A stretch of DNA of 64,000 nucleotides. Origin: Lama guanicoe (taxonomy: Eukaryota). The stretch spans positions 7,957,352 through 8,021,351 of the forward strand of contig MU053934.1 in assembly GCA_013239625.1 (NCBI GenBank), given 5' to 3'. The position numbers and the translations under genes are program-made. The notes below the pieces were generated by a model. That model did not search any database. It was not told where the DNA came from and worked only from the letters and a program-made list of their open reading frames with translations. Below, in pieces: positions 49,401 through 63,149 of the stretch (positions are counted from its first letter, which is position 1; each line of letters opens with the position of its first letter).

Positions 49401-52400
49401 TGTGTCAGGCCAAGGGAGGACGGGTGAGTTTGAAGATATCATTGCCTGAGCACTCCTGGCTGGTACCAGGGTTCCAGGAAGGACCCCGAAGGAGAGAGCC
49501 AGGCTTTCTTTGGGAAACCCCCTACTAAGGTGTCCGAAAGGGCCCTGGGCAGACTCCACCTACATGCGTGTTTTAAAAGGAGGTGGGCATAGGAGTCAGA
49601 TTTCACTTTTTGTTCGTATTCATTTGGTCTCAATTTAGTGTTTATTCTTTCGTTCCTGAGACCTGCTGTGGGGAGAGACAGCGGCAGACAAGGCATTGTC
49701 TCCTCCTGAAGGAGCTTCTGGTCAAGTGGGGCAGGGCGGGGGGACAGCACGTGGTGAGATGTCGTGCCGCCGGGGCGGGGGGCACTCAGCATCTCTTGAG
49801 GTGGGGTGGGGGGACGGGGGATCAGAGATGGTGCCCTGGAAGGGGTGATCCATGGCTGGGACCTGGAAGGTGTGTCTGTGTTCGTTTGGGGAGCAGGGCT
49901 GGTGGTGAGGGGAGGGATGGAGAATGTTCCATAGAGAGAGAGAGGGTTTAATAGGCCCAGTGGCCAGAGAGAGACAGTGTCATTGGATGGACCACAAGTG
50001 CCTTCTAGCCCCAGACAGCAGATGTGGGGATGAGCATGATGGAAGAAAAGGCAGTAAATGATGGGGAGACCAGCTCGTGGAGGCAGGTAGGTGGTGGTGG
50101 ACTTGATTCTGGATTGAGTAGACACCCACTGAAAAGTACATGTTGAAACGAATCAGTGAACAAGCGACCTTCAGGATTGAGTGGAGGACAACTTTGAAGA
50201 GATATAAATGAAGCACAGTATATGAAAATGCTTGTAAAAATATGAAATGCTGTGTAAATGGAAGATTTTTACTATTTGGAATGTCGATTCATCTGTGACT
50301 AGCAGAGACCCCAGACAACAGAGGCTTAGGCCAGAGGGAAGTCTCTTTTGGTGACAGTTGGGAAGCCACCTGGGGCTGGTGTGTTTTCCCCCCGGTGCTG
50401 GGCACTTACCGTCTCTAGAGTCCCCTGGTCGCTGTGAAGGCAGAGGACCCATCTAGTATCCACGTTCCCCAACCCAGCCTCAGGGAGGAGGAGAGGAGGG
50501 TGAAAGGGCACACTGCTCTCTTTAAGTACCTGTCCCTGGTGCTGTACACAGCACTCCCCTCTCATCCCTTCGGCCAAGACCCACGTGGCCAAGGGACGCT
50601 GGGAAATAAAGTCTGTGAGGCCACGTACCCAGCTAAGCCTCGAGGATTCAATTATGAGTAGAACTGTGGTCCTCAGAGTGTGGTCCCGGGCCAGCAGCTC
50701 AGCTCTCACCTGGGGACCTGGCAGAAACGCACATTCCCCTGAAGCAGAAGCTTTGGGGGTGGGGCCGGCAGGCTGCCATGACGAGCCGGGCAGCTGCCTG
50801 TGGTGGTGCCAGTGCCGCAGACGCCCTGGGATGCTGCCGGGGGACCGCCGGTTATCTCTGCATCCTCAGAGTGACGGTGGCAGTAACCATCGTGCCTGGG
50901 CTGAGCTCTGCGCACGATTCAGTTGGGTCCTCGTGAAAACCTGGTCAAGTGTCATGGTTATTCTTTTGGAAAAAGTGTTTTTCAGCTAAGGGAAGAGGCT
51001 CAGGGAGGTTTAAGCAACACGCCGCTGGTCAGACAAGTGAGTGACTGAGTGGCCCTGTCCCTACCCCGGAGTGCTGTCTCGGTGGCGAGTCTCGTGGGTG
51101 GCACGTAGTCAGCGCTCTCAGGTCTGTTGTAAGTGTGACGGGTCCACTTCTGCGAGCGGCCCTCCACCCTGGCTGCACGTTAGAACTACCCGAGAGCTTT
51201 CACAAGGAATGGTTCAGGACAGTGCAGCTGTTCCGTGTGACACTGTAGCGGAGAGTGCTCGACATCATCCGTCCGTCAGACGCTGCGGGTGCGCAGCACC
51301 AGGAGTGGCCTCAGTGCGGTCACCCTGGAGTTAATGATGTCTTACTGTTGGTTCGTCACTTGGGGCAAACGTGCCACACTAGTGCAAGGTGTTGCTGAGA
51401 GGAGGGATGTGTGTGAGGGTGTGGGGAGGGCGTACATGGAAACTGGGACTAGCTCTGTGCTTTCAGCTCCATTTTTCCATAAACCTAAAACCGCTCTAAA
51501 CAACAAAGCCTCCTAATTAAAAAAAAGATAGTGCCAAGGCCCCACCCTGACCAACTGAGTCTGGGTACTTGGGAGCCCGTGCCTGAGCACCTGCGAGTCT
51601 GACAGCTCCCGGGTGCGGCTCATGTCCAGCCCCCACCTTTCTGTGAGAGGCGCTCGGCCCTGCACCCCGGGGCCCGCAGCGGGGAGGAGGCACCCCAAGG
51701 CCCCCACACTCCCAGCTTGAGGAAGGATAAAACCACTTGCTTCTGACATCTGTATCGAGTTTGTTGCTTCTCCGTCAGGGTTACTGGACCCCCTCTTGTC
51801 ACGTGAATTCCTCGTTTTAATGTCATTTGAATCGAGGCCCCAAATAATCTCAAGGACCACACTAGTAGGGGACACGTACCTTTAGCAAATAATACGTGTT
51901 TTAAACAATCCACTTCTGGTCACTCCTTGCAGCTGAGTCTGACTGTTTGGGATCATTGACCACAAACCAGACACGGGTTTTGGTGTGGAAATGTGGTGTG
52001 GTTTTACGTGGGCGTGGTACTGAGCTTTGAAATAGAGCGTGTTTCCCACAGGAGGCTGTGAAGTGAGACGAGGCTTCAGTTTGTGTTCTGTCATTTCTAG
52101 TGGTGGGGCCGGATATGTAACTACACATTCCAGCTGTCTTTATTCTTTAATATCTTCGACTTAATAGGCGATGATGCGCTTCCAAATGGGTTAGACGTTA
52201 CCTTTGAAGTGACGGAATTAAGAAGGTTGACGGGCAGCTACAACACCATGGTCGGGAACAACGAAGGCAGCATGGTACGGTCCAGCTCCCCTCCTGCCCG
52301 ACAGTGCAGCTTCCACTTGTGAGCTTGTAAAACACGACTGTGCTCCAAAAACTGGCGGTGCTCCCAGAGCTCCTTCCTGCCCCTTAATCTTTGTTAGTAA

Positions 52401-55400
52401 GACATCCCGTAGTTCTCGGGACCCTTCCTGGAGCTGATTATAACATGCTTCGCTATAAACGTGGGTGGTTCAGGCCTGATTCGGGGCTATGAGATGTACT
52501 AGTTTCTTGGTCAGGTTCCCCTAAGCCCCAGACCCATGCGGTTGAGTTGTCTGAGCTTCACAGCTGGCAGGTTTAGCCTGCCCTCCAGTCCATCAGGTGT
52601 GTGCGCTCAGCGAAGGCGCGCTTTAAAGAGTGAAGCTGCAGGTGAAAGCCGGTCCTGGTCTATGTTCTTGTCCTGTTTCTTGAGTCCCTGAGCTAGCACA
52701 GTCTTTCTTAGAAGTTACTGTTCCTTCCGTTTAAACCACTGCCGTTTTTCCTTTCCTCCCAGGTCCTTGGCCTCAAACTCCCTAATCTTCTAGGTCGTGC
52801 AGAAAAGGTGACTTTTCAGTTTTCCTATGGAACCAAAGAAACTTCGTACGGCCTGTCCTTCTTCAAACCGCAGCCCGGAAACTTCGAAAGAAAGTAGGCA
52901 GCCATGCAGCTCATTGAGTTCAGTGGCCTGGTTTAAAAGTTAAAGTAGATGGCTTGTTTGTGAAAAGAAACTTGGCAGAATCAGGTGACGCTTGTACAGT
53001 GTCACAGCGTGCTGTAGATTTCCTCGTGAAGATGAGCCCCAGAAGTGTGTTTAAATCTGTTAATTTAAATGTGTGCAGGTTACAATCACCACTCCAGCTT
53101 TTCAAGCTCTGTCCCCTTGTCTCCTAGTTTCTCTGTGAACTTGTATAAAGTGACTGGGCAGTTCCCTTGGAGCTCACTCCGGGAGACAGACAGAGGGATA
53201 TCAGCCGAGTACAGTGTAAGTGGCTTTGCAGTCATTCGTTGCGTGCACTTGAGCAAGAACGAAGAGCCCATTTAACTGATTCCCAAAGACAGGAGGGACC
53301 GGGCTGGGAGCGCACAGACTTGGCTGGTCGGATGCTTGGAGCTGCAGGCACGGTTGCTGGGTCACCCTCTGCTCTCCATCCTCCTGTCAGTGGTCCCCGC
53401 CGGGCACCTCTTCACTGGCCAAGGACACATTGCCAGGGCCGGAGAGTGACTAACCTCTACCGTGGCAGCTCCTCTGACTCGGTCAGATTTCTTCCCTGCT
53501 TCTGACTTCCTGTAACGCCACCTGTTTGCCCTTCCTCGTCTGTGCTAAGATCGATCCCTGCAGGCAGCCAGTGAAGGTTACTTTAGGTTACCGAACGCTT
53601 TTAGTGTTGGTTTACGCCTAAGTTTTCCTTCTAGCAGGATGAGACACGTGGAATTACTATCACTGGACCACTTTCAGGCTTTATGGTGAACGCTGCTCTT
53701 TTTGCCTTCCTTTCTGCATCCATGCCTGCTCCCTCTCCTGTTCTAGGCTTTAGTTAATGAGGAAAGACCTTGAGACACAATGCCGTATAAAAGTAAGCTC
53801 CCAAGTGTGGTCTCCAGACTGGCAGCCTTGGCCTCACCTGCAGATTCCTGACTCTGCCTGACCTGCTGAATCAGCATCTCCAGGAATGGGGGCAGGAGAG
53901 TGTTTCTGCCCGATCCTCCTCCCCTCCCAGTGATTCTGGTCTGAGAGCCCCGAGTGCCTGCCTGAGCCTGCCTCCCGCTGTGTGCTCGGCGCCCTCTGGG
54001 CCCTCGAGACACTACAGCCACTCACCCTGCACACCCTCGCAGCCCAAAGTCACGAAAGCTCCGAGCGCTCTGCGGTAGCCCAGGAGGACACAGCTCAGGC
54101 ACAGGCACGTGTGCCCATTGTCACCTCATCATGTGTGCAGGGAGTAGCCCTCAGACCCTCTGCCCTGAGCAGAGATGCGGACACCAGCACCTGGCGGACG
54201 TTCTCTTCAGCCCCGCCCTCCCCCAGCTCACAGTGGCCACCAGCAGGGTGGGCGGTTTCTCCCCAGCTCTCTCCCCCATGTCCCTTTTACCTCTGTCCCC
54301 TAAGCCATTTTTAAAGAGCAGACGCTAGCAGAGTAGAAACACCTCATTTGTCCACACAGCATAGAGATGAGAGACGTCAGGAGTGCTGGGATAGGCCCGG
54401 GGCAGGGGGCAAGGGGCCAGCCCTGCCGTGAGAGCAGAGGTGCTGGAGGAAGGGACTGCATCCTCCTCACCTGTGTCCTTGGTGTCTGCACAAAGTAGGG
54501 GCTGACTATGCAAGCAAAGTGGTGCCACCTGGTCCCTGCCTCATCCTCCTGATGGGAATCCAGAGATGTAGAATGTGTCTGCTCTGAGAACAGGGTTTCT
54601 CTTGTTAAGAGCCACCTTATACGAAAGGAAGAGGTAATTTAGGTCAGCTCTGCCCCCTCCGTGGGCATGTGGGAGAATAGCTGAACCTCTGGTGGCCCTC
54701 AGGGCAGAGATGGCAGGTGTACAGGGCTGCTTTCCCACCATCTGCTTCCCCGGGGCGTGGCTCGGAGCCTTGTGGGGGCCTGACAGGTAATCGTGCTGAG
54801 ATGAGTTCCCCCAGGTTCTCACCCTGAAAGCCAACTGTGGGGTCTGGGCCTTCAGTTCTCTTGCAGGCCTGAGGGCTGTAGAGCATGCCCAGTGTGGGGC
54901 TCACTCAGGAGACTGTGACATGCCCTGGCTCCCTTGTAAGAGTTGCATCACGCTTGTGCTTCCTGAGACCACCAGATAATGTCGTTCGCTGTTCAGAAGC
55001 AACCTGGTCCTTTCTCTGAGATGGCAATCTAAGATGGGCTGGCCTGTTCTCGGGGGAAGGGGGTCAGGCCAAGAGGCGGGTCCCACTTGCCCCGACCCAG
55101 AGTCACTTGCTTCAGGCCTCTGCCTGCAGGAAGGAAGCTCGTCACTCGGCCGTAACCTTGTCTTACTGCCCTTTTCCGGGAGCTGATGTGGGGCATGTGG
55201 GCCACCCAGCCTGGCGGCAGACAACCAGGCGGGGCCTGTGTCGGGTGAGCTTAGAGACAGGAGAGACAGCGGTCGGTGAGGGGTTGCGTGCCGCTTTCAG
55301 ACCAGCGGCCCTGTCTGCTGGCCCAGAGTGCGGCCCTGCCGCGCAGCTTCCCTCTGTTCCCAGCTGACCCCGCCTTTCTCCCGCCTTCCCGCCTGCCTCC

Positions 55401-58400
55401 CTCCGTTCCCCCCTTCTCCAGCTTCCCTCTTCTCTTCCTCTCTCCCAGCCATCATTGAAACAAATGTGTCTTAGGTTTTGGGTCAGTTAGAAATTTAATC
55501 ACACCCCACCCCGGGACCTGATTCGGGACGACCCCCGCCTGCACGGCCGCAAAGCTGACCGTCTCCCGTGTGCCCTTGCAGTTTCCCGTGTGGAAGACCA
55601 GCCACACCGTCAAGTGGGAGGGCGTGTGGCGAGAGCTGGGCTGCCTCTCCAGGACGGCGTCGTTCGCTGTCCGAAAGGAGAGCGGGCACTCGCTGAAGTC
55701 GTCTCTCTCGGTAAGGACTTCCGTCCCGGGAGGTGTGCAGCTCCTGCTGCACGCGGGAGACTAGTCTCCGCCGACATCGGGAGGGACTGAGAGGTGTCAC
55801 GGCTTGGGTGGCCAACGCGGTGCCTCCTGGTCACTTTGTGAATTTCCAGATGTGACCTCATGTCGCTTTTCCTGAGTAACATCATGGTAGCGGGAAACGA
55901 TGTGATAAGTGCTGGCTGTGGCGTTCTAGCTGAAAGCTGGCTGAGCTGACTCGGGTCAGGTGTCACACTCCCTGAATGAACAAACTGGGTGTCGGGGGCG
56001 GCGCCTCCCTCCTAATGGACGTGAATTGTTTCTCCCACTCAGTTCCCTCGCTCACAACGCAGGGGTTTTGTCAAGAGTTTGAGAGTGCTTAGCAAGTGCT
56101 AGGCTAAAGTTGGTGCCCAGGGAGCATCTGTTGTTATTATATAGTCCTGTCTGAAGTGCAAATACCTCCAAGTCCAAATTTCTTTCAGCACGCCATGGTC
56201 ATCGACTCTCGGAACTCCTCCATCCTACCAAGAAGAGGCGCTTTGCTGAAAGTTAACCAGGTAGTGATCCTTCGCCCGTGCCCGCCGCAGGCCTGGCGGC
56301 CCTGGAGGGATGGGGCGTCACGCACAGTAGTCTCGTTTTAACACTGAACGTTTTCCTTTAATTGTAAAAATCTCTCTAGAATGGCTTGCAAAGGTGTGCG
56401 TCCACTCTCGGGGTTCCTAGCCCTGGAATTGCTCCCTGTAGCTCGGGCTTTGCCTTCGCAGAGCACAGAGTAGGGGTAAGGCTCCGGCCTCTGTGACGGT
56501 GTCGCTCGGTAGGCCGGGAGGAAAGTTAGGAGTTGGTGTGAGTGATTCCTCTGGTTCCCCTTAAAGAACAGCTGAAGGCAGGGACTGTAACCCCTGTGCC
56601 TGCAGGCCCAGCAGGTGACCTTGGGGGGAGAAGCCGGCCATGGGGAGGGGGGCACTGATTGCTCTGTTGGCTGGATCCTCAGCTTCAGAGGACCAGCTCG
56701 AAATCAGATTTTCATATGAAATATGTCAAATTGTAAAAGGTTGGCTAATTTTTTTCCCAAACACTGATTAGGCCAAACAAGCCGTGGCATCCTTTGCAAG
56801 CTCTGTAATAAAATGTTGGTCTTGCCAGTGTATTTCTCTTGCGTATAATAATAAATAACTTTGTCTGCAGTTACTTGATGAGTTTGATGACTCTGTGTCT
56901 GTCAGTCCCCTGGTACCATCTAGAACAACTCGGATTTAGTTTCTCGGAGATGGAAGTAGTCTGTTGCCTTTCCCAAAATCCAAAACAGCAAAACTGAGTC
57001 CTAATTGCAGTGACATTTAGTAACCTCTGTAGTGAGTCTGTTTGCTCCATTTGACCTGAGGATTCTTCCCACAGGAGCTGGCAGGCTACACTGGAGGGGA
57101 CGTGAGCTTCCTAAAAGAGGACGTTGAGCTTCAGTTGAATAAACAACTCATACTTGATTCGGTGAGTATCTAGCCAGAATACAGTCACCTGTGTTTATGC
57201 CCCTCGTTTTTGGAATCTTATTGGAAGGTCTCAGTTCCTGAATATGTCCAGCACTAAACAGGAAGTCGGAACACTAATGCTTGAAACTGAAGTGCTCGAT
57301 CTTTTAACCTCAGCCAGAATTGAGGACCCTCCGGGGAGAAGTGATGATTAGTCTCTTTAAGCGTCGTCTGTCAGTCTGACGCAGTGCCACGGCAGAGCCC
57401 CTTCCCCATTTATCAGCTCAGGGCCATCAAGAAAATGTGTCTGGGGGACCGAGGGGGCCACCTGCTTTACCTCCCGATGCTGCTTCCCTGGAAACTCGGA
57501 GTCTGCATCTTACTGCGCTAGGTCTTCAGGGCTCTGGGTGCTTCCAGGAATGTCTTTGTTTAATCTTTTTAACCCAGTTTGGTTTAGTTCCTTCTAATTC
57601 CCTCAGGACATGAGGAGGAGGTGCTGGATTCTCACTGGGGCAGTGGGGCCCTGGCCTGGGAGACATGGTGTTTATTCTCCAGTCTTCCCAGCACCGCTCT
57701 CCACACCCCTGCTGCTGCCTGTGCCCTTAGCTACCTTAAAGTAGGGGGTGCTGGGGGAGGGTACAGTGCAGTCATGGAATGCGCGCTTAGCGTGCATGAG
57801 GTCCTGGGTTCAATCCCCAGTGCCTCCTTTAAAATAAGTAAATGAACTCGCTTCCCCCATTAAATCAAGCAGCCAATCAATCAATCAATCTGCTCTTAAA
57901 AAAAGAAAACAAACTCTGGGAAGGAGTGAGTTTTAATGAAATGGTACACGCGTGTAATTTAAAAATCCCGTCACTGCTTCCGCTCAGTCCTGGGCTTGGT
58001 GCACTGAGCTCGGTTCCTGCCTTTCCCCTCCGCTGCTCTTCCGGAGGCTGCCGGGGCCTCTCTCTGTCCCCTTCTGTGTCGCCTCCACTGCATGACCCCC
58101 TCGTCATTCGACTCCGTTATTGCTGCCTTCTCCTTCCACACTTGTCTCTCCTTCTCAGCCTCTTTTCCCTCCCACCCCTCCCTCCTTCCCTCCTTGCAGG
58201 TGTACAAGCTGCCAGGCACTGGGCACTAAGAACGCCTCAGTAAATAAAACACAGTTCCTGCTCTTACGTTCTGGTGAAGGGTGGCCCGCAAGCTGTAGAT
58301 CTACATGTAGCTTAGCAGGTGGTGATAAGTGATGTGATGAACAGCACAGCAGAGTAAAGGGCTAGAGAGGGACCAGAAGGGGTGCATCTTAGCTGAGACT

Positions 58401-61400
58401 GTCAGGGGAGGCGTCTCTGAGGCCCCTAGCACTTAGAGCGATTGGAAGTGAGCCCCGTCTGCCTGCCCACGATGGCGTCTCCCGCCACGCGGAGCCGCTC
58501 AGGTTCAGCTCGGGCAGCGGAGGGCTGGAATTGACCTGGCCTCGGGTGTTGCCAGGTGAGGTGGACACAAGTCGGTGAGTTTTAGTGGTGGGCCTGGGTA
58601 AGGAGGGAGCATGGGCAGGAGGGAACGAGGGGGCCGTTCGTAGGTCCTGCTGGTGTCAAAGAATTGGGGGGCTGGTGCGAGAGGGAGCCAGTGGGAAGAC
58701 GTAGGTGGGGGGTTGACTGGGAGCCTTGGGCGCTCATGGTCCTGAGGTCCCTGGGGACATGAGGCACAGTGGAGTTGTCTCAGGTGGGTAGTCAGCTCTG
58801 TTGTTGCTCCCTTGTTAGGCCTGCGCCCTAGGTTGTGACGGGCAGGCAGGCGGAGGGGGGTGGAGGACGGGTGCCGGGGTAACCGGGGGCTCTCAGTCGG
58901 GAGGGGAGCTGCCCCCAGAGCGCCCGGGGCCTTTGATCTGTAGCATCTGTCATGTGGTTGAACAAGGACTTGGATTTCTCAGAATAGTGTCCATTGGGCC
59001 TGCTCTGCCCACTCTGTCCCAGTTCTCGTCTGTTGTCTCTCCTACTGAAGCTTCTGAAGAAGAGGTATCGGAGCAGCTTGGAAGGCCTGGGAACTTGCAA
59101 GTCTGAGAGAGGGCAGGAAGGGGAGAGTGTGGGGGTTGCTCAGGAGACGAGGGCCGGGGCGAGGCCCCGGGGAGCCTCGTGCTGGTGTAAGGCGTCGGGG
59201 GTTAGGTTTGTGTGGATTACGTGGGTGTGGAGGTTGCATCCCTGACCGAGGCTTAGGTCACTGCCCCTGAGCTGTGAGAGACAGGGCTCTGTCCCCAAGG
59301 ACTGGGCGGGCAGCTTGTCTTCGCACTTCTTAGTGGCGGGAGCGGAGTACCCTGCGCCTGCCTTCCCTGCGACACCTGGGCCCTCAGCCCCCTTGGGCTT
59401 TGCGGCGGAGCCAGAGAGGCCTGGGCAGCTGCGGAATCACTTGCCGGGGCCACGGCTGGTCCCGCTGGGCTTGGGGGAGACGAGGTTGCTGCCCTGTGTG
59501 GGGGCAGGAGCCAGGCCCTGCTTAGGGTTTGGGCTTGTTTTTCGCTTGTGTCCAGTATGTCTTTATTTGACACTTGAAGTTGCAAGTTATAAAAGTATCC
59601 ACAAAACTCCTTGACCTGTAGCTCTTCTAGTGCACGAGCCAGGTGTCCCCTCCTGCAGCCCGCGTGCCCCTGCCCAGGGCTTGGCACGCCGTGGGGGCTG
59701 GGCCCAGGGCCAGCGACCAGGTCTCAGTGCAGCTTCTGTCTGCCAACGCTCATTGGAATGGAAGCAACGCTGGAGTAAAACGATTGTTTGTTTATATTTC
59801 AATAGGTTTTCTCAGCGTCTCTCTGGGGTGGAATGTTGGTACCCATGGGTGATAAACCATCAAGTATTGCCGATAGGTAAGTAACAGGAGAGGACTGGGT
59901 AGTTTGCAGACGGTTTCCTTTGGGTCTTTCTGGTTGGTTTCCTACAAGATATTTTAGAGAAGTTTAACTGTTGAGGAAAGCAGATATTTCGAATTTTAAT
60001 GTAGTTTTTGTGTTTAAGCTCATTTCAGAATACACAGTACATCTCATACTTAATATTTTTTTGCTTTTTGGGGGAGAGGGAGAGTTAACTCACTTCATTA
60101 TATTAACAGTTTTCTATTCTCTTTTGAGTATGAAAGAATACAGTTCATAGATGTTGTAGAAATATAAAAATAGAGAAACATTTTAGAAAGTAGAACAGTC
60201 CTGCTCAGTGATAAGCAGAGTTAGCATTTGGGACTACAGTGACCCCTGAACGACCCTGGGGGGCTCATCCAAGTATAATTTACAGTCGGCCCTCTGCACC
60301 CACTGTTCCTCCACATCGCAGATTCAGCCAAGCACCGACCGTGCAGCACTGTAGTATGTGCTGTTGAAAAATACCCGCGTACGGGAGGACCTGTGCAGGT
60401 CAGACCTGCCTTATTCAAGGGTCAACTGTGTTTCCTCTTAGTCGGTTTCCTTGTGCAGGTGTATGTGTGTGTGCACATGATAAGTTTATGCACACATCTA
60501 TATGGTTGATACACTGTGTTTTGCATACAGTTTTGTGTCCTCTCTGCTTTCTTAAAATTATAGAGTAAATCATTCACCAAATCATGGGAAATTTTTCATA
60601 AGCAGCGTTTTAATGTTTCATTATTTGCATATAAGTAACCCTGTGAAGAACATAACCTTGTGAATAATTTTTGTTCATTTTATTTTCTGAGGAGCAATTC
60701 CTCAGTGTGGAATCACTATCTCAAAAGAATAAGAGCATTTGGAAGGCTCGTAAAGAACAGTGCTGGAGCCTGCCTGTCAGGAAGCTCCTGGCGGCTTCGG
60801 CTCCTGCCGGCAGAGTGTGAAGTTGCACCTGTTGCTTATTTTGGTTGCTCTTAATAGAAATTCTGACAGTTATCTTGGAGCCAAGGAATTCTTTCATCTT
60901 GCATTAGTTAAAATGTTGTTTTAGCCTTTTCAGATGGCAGTTTGGAAGTAGAAAAAAATTTTTTTAACTCCAAATTCTGGAACCTAACATTTTCACCTCC
61001 GTGAATCTAATGTACAGAAATACACTCCTGAGAGAACAAGGATTTATAGAAAAGGATGTCCATCAGTAGCATTGTTGGTAATAGCAGAAATTCTAAAACT
61101 GCCTCTAGGAAAATGATTAAATTCAAACACAGCCATTCTAAAGAGACTGTGTAATTGTTTAAAAGGACGAGGTGACGTCCGTAAGTGGAAGTGTACATGG
61201 AAGTGTGTTCAGTTGCCTGCTCTCTGGTCAGGGGAATGTGTGTGTGTGTGTGTGTGTTTGCAGCCACCACACTGAGGGTCTGGAAAGTCAGCCACCAAAC
61301 CAGTGACAGCAGTCAGCCCTGGCAGCGGGGACACGGTGGGCAGATGAAGGGCGAGGAAGAACTTTTTCTCTTTTTGTGCTTCCTGGATCATTTTAATTCT

Positions 61401-62488
61401 TTCAAAAGAATATATGGAATTTATCATTTAAAAAAAAAAGTAAATGGACCTTGCTCTTTGTTTTTGTAATGGATGTTAATAGGGTATTCAGAAAAGCTTT
61501 GCTTAGAAATCCCAAATAGTAAAAACACATTTATAGACTTTTAAACTCAAGTTCCAATGAATAAATTCACAAAGGCTTTTATCCAGGGGGACAATCAGAG
61601 GAACAGCGCGCTGTTCCCTTTGTACTGCTTCAGACCCAGGGACGTTGGTGGGGCCGCGGGGCCAGTGCTACTGTCGCCCCCATGGCAGATGTGGTGGGAA
61701 GACTGGGCACAGCTTCTCTGGTCATTTTAATTCATTGTTTAGTAATTACCAGGGTCTACAGCTGGGTTCTAATGAAAGCTGTTAGATTTTATAGAAAGTG
61801 GACGGGATTTCTAGTAATTTTTTAATTCATGCTTTTCATTTTACTCAGATATAGTTTAAAAGAGTATGATAACCCAGTTCATTAAGAAACACAAGGGAAT
61901 TCATTAAAAATTTTTTAATATATACTTTTCTCCTAATTAAAAATCACTATAGAAAATACCAAAAAAATGTAAAATTACAATACCTCTGTATTGGTCTCTT
62001 TCTTTCTAGTATTTTCCTCTATTTGTAAAGTTCGGATCATACTGTTACATAATTTGTGTCCCTCTTCTTTTTAAACTTACGTAACTTAAGTTTTACCTTA
62101 ATTATTGTGAGCACGTAGGAGGCTGTTTTGAAAAGGAGCAGCTTAGTGAACTCTTACAAGCAGGGACGATTCCTTTACAGCAAACTGTCCCCCTGAGGGT
62201 CTTTATCTGAGCCTTGAAGTTTGAAGTGTTTCTTTAGATGTTTAGATTTGGGTTAGGTTAGAAGTTTTGATTTTTATGAAACTCAGCACACTCCCGGGCA
62301 TCTTCCAAATTCATGAATGATTCAGCACGGGGAAAGTTGCGGACAAGGCAGGACGCACGTGTGCCTCCTGATGTCGACTGTCCCCGCTGGCTCTCCTCTG
62401 ATATCCACCTCCTCTTGCAGATTCTACCTCGGGGGACCCACGAGCGTGCGGGGCTTCAGCATGCACAGCGTCGGGCCGCAGAGCGAAG
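43216..62488 (+). CDS. SAMM50: Sorting and assembly machinery component 50 (Omp85/BamA family), coding exons 1-12; 3' end lies beyond the window
   Basis: The spliced translation [63 protein letters not shown]...[22 protein letters not shown] is near-identical to mammalian SAMM50 and has the Omp85 VRGF motif. Confidence 0.97.
47165..47275 (+). CDS. SAMM50: SAMM50 exon 2
   Basis: [37 protein letters not shown]; ag/gt boundaries. Confidence 0.96.
48314..48415 (+). CDS. SAMM50: SAMM50 exon 3 (GC donor)
   Basis: [34 protein letters not shown]; donor GAG|gcaagt. Confidence 0.94.
49187..49274 (+). CDS. SAMM50: SAMM50 exon 4
   Basis: [29 protein letters not shown]; ag/gt boundaries. Confidence 0.96.
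52168..52274 (+). CDS. SAMM50: SAMM50 exon 5
   Basis: [36 protein letters not shown]; ag/gt boundaries. Confidence 0.96.
52763..52893 (+). CDS. SAMM50: SAMM50 exon 6
   Basis: [43 protein letters not shown]; ag/gt boundaries. Confidence 0.96.
53128..53215 (+). CDS. SAMM50: SAMM50 exon 7
   Basis: [29 protein letters not shown]; ag/gt boundaries. Confidence 0.96.
55582..55710 (+). CDS. SAMM50: SAMM50 exon 8
   Basis: [43 protein letters not shown]; ag/gt boundaries. Confidence 0.96.
56189..56260 (+). CDS. SAMM50: SAMM50 exon 9
   Basis: [24 protein letters not shown]; ag/gt boundaries. Confidence 0.96.
57075..57161 (+). CDS. SAMM50: SAMM50 exon 10
   Basis: [29 protein letters not shown]; ag/gt boundaries. 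Confidence 0.95.
57753..57905 (+). mobile_element. tRNA-derived SINE, Vic-1-like (camelid)
   Basis: gggggagggtacag...gcgcgcttagcgtgcatgaggtcctgggttcaatccccagtgcctcc followed by an A-rich tail; B-box GGTTCAATCC. Confidence 0.8.
59806..59876 (+). CDS. SAMM50: SAMM50 exon 11
   Basis: [24 protein letters not shown]; ag/gt boundaries. Confidence 0.95.
60237..60428. mobile_element. MER8/Tigger2-family MITE
   Basis: Terminal inverted repeats cagtgacccctgaac ... ttcaagggtcaactg, with TA on the left flank. Confidence 0.75.
61237..61256 (+). repeat. (TG)10 microsatellite in SAMM50 intron 11
   Basis: Read directly from the sequence. Confidence 0.9.
62421..62488 (+). CDS. SAMM50: SAMM50 exon 12
   Basis: [22 protein letters not shown]; ag/gt boundaries. 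Confidence 0.95.
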
Positions 62489-63149
62489 GTCTGTTGTCCC
62501 CACGATATGTACGCCAAACTGGAAAAACTGAGCTGACGGTGGCTTCTCATTTTTGAAAGCATATGTGTGTTTAAACTGCCTCAATAGTAGATGTTCACAT
62601 GTCACCAGTGGAACTGGCACCCGACACAGCATCCACCACACAGCAGGCCAGGAAAGGCGTCTGTGGAGGAGATGATAGAAAACGAGAGAACAGAACTAAG
62701 CAGAGGTTCACGACGGTGGCCTCTGGTCCCGTTGCCCAGAGCTGACACGTGTGAGCGTCCTGTTTAAACACACACGCCCACACATGCGTGCTGTGTGGAC
62801 GTGTGTGTGGACGTGCTGTGTTCTGACCTGGTCCTCCCGCCACCCCGCAGTAATGACGTACAAAAAGACTTTAATACGAATAAGTACTTTACTGTTTTTA
62901 ATGGCTGCTTAATTCGTCTTATTGACAAGCCATGATTTTTTTAAATTAATGGGACTTAAAATTTTTTTTGAAATATGATATGATAACTTTAATATCACGA
63001 TAAGCATGCATTTCAATAAGAAGACCTGGAGGAGGTACAGCACAACGTTAATTATGGTTTTATCTGGGTGATGAGAATTACGAATAATTTTAGTACATCT
63101 TTTAAAATGCATTTCTGCACTTTCCAAATTTTCTGCAAGTCTCCATTAA

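Noticed and set aside
57753..57827. tRNA-like sequence
   Set aside because: Degenerate D-arm and A-box plus an A-rich tail indicate a SINE head, not a tRNA gene.
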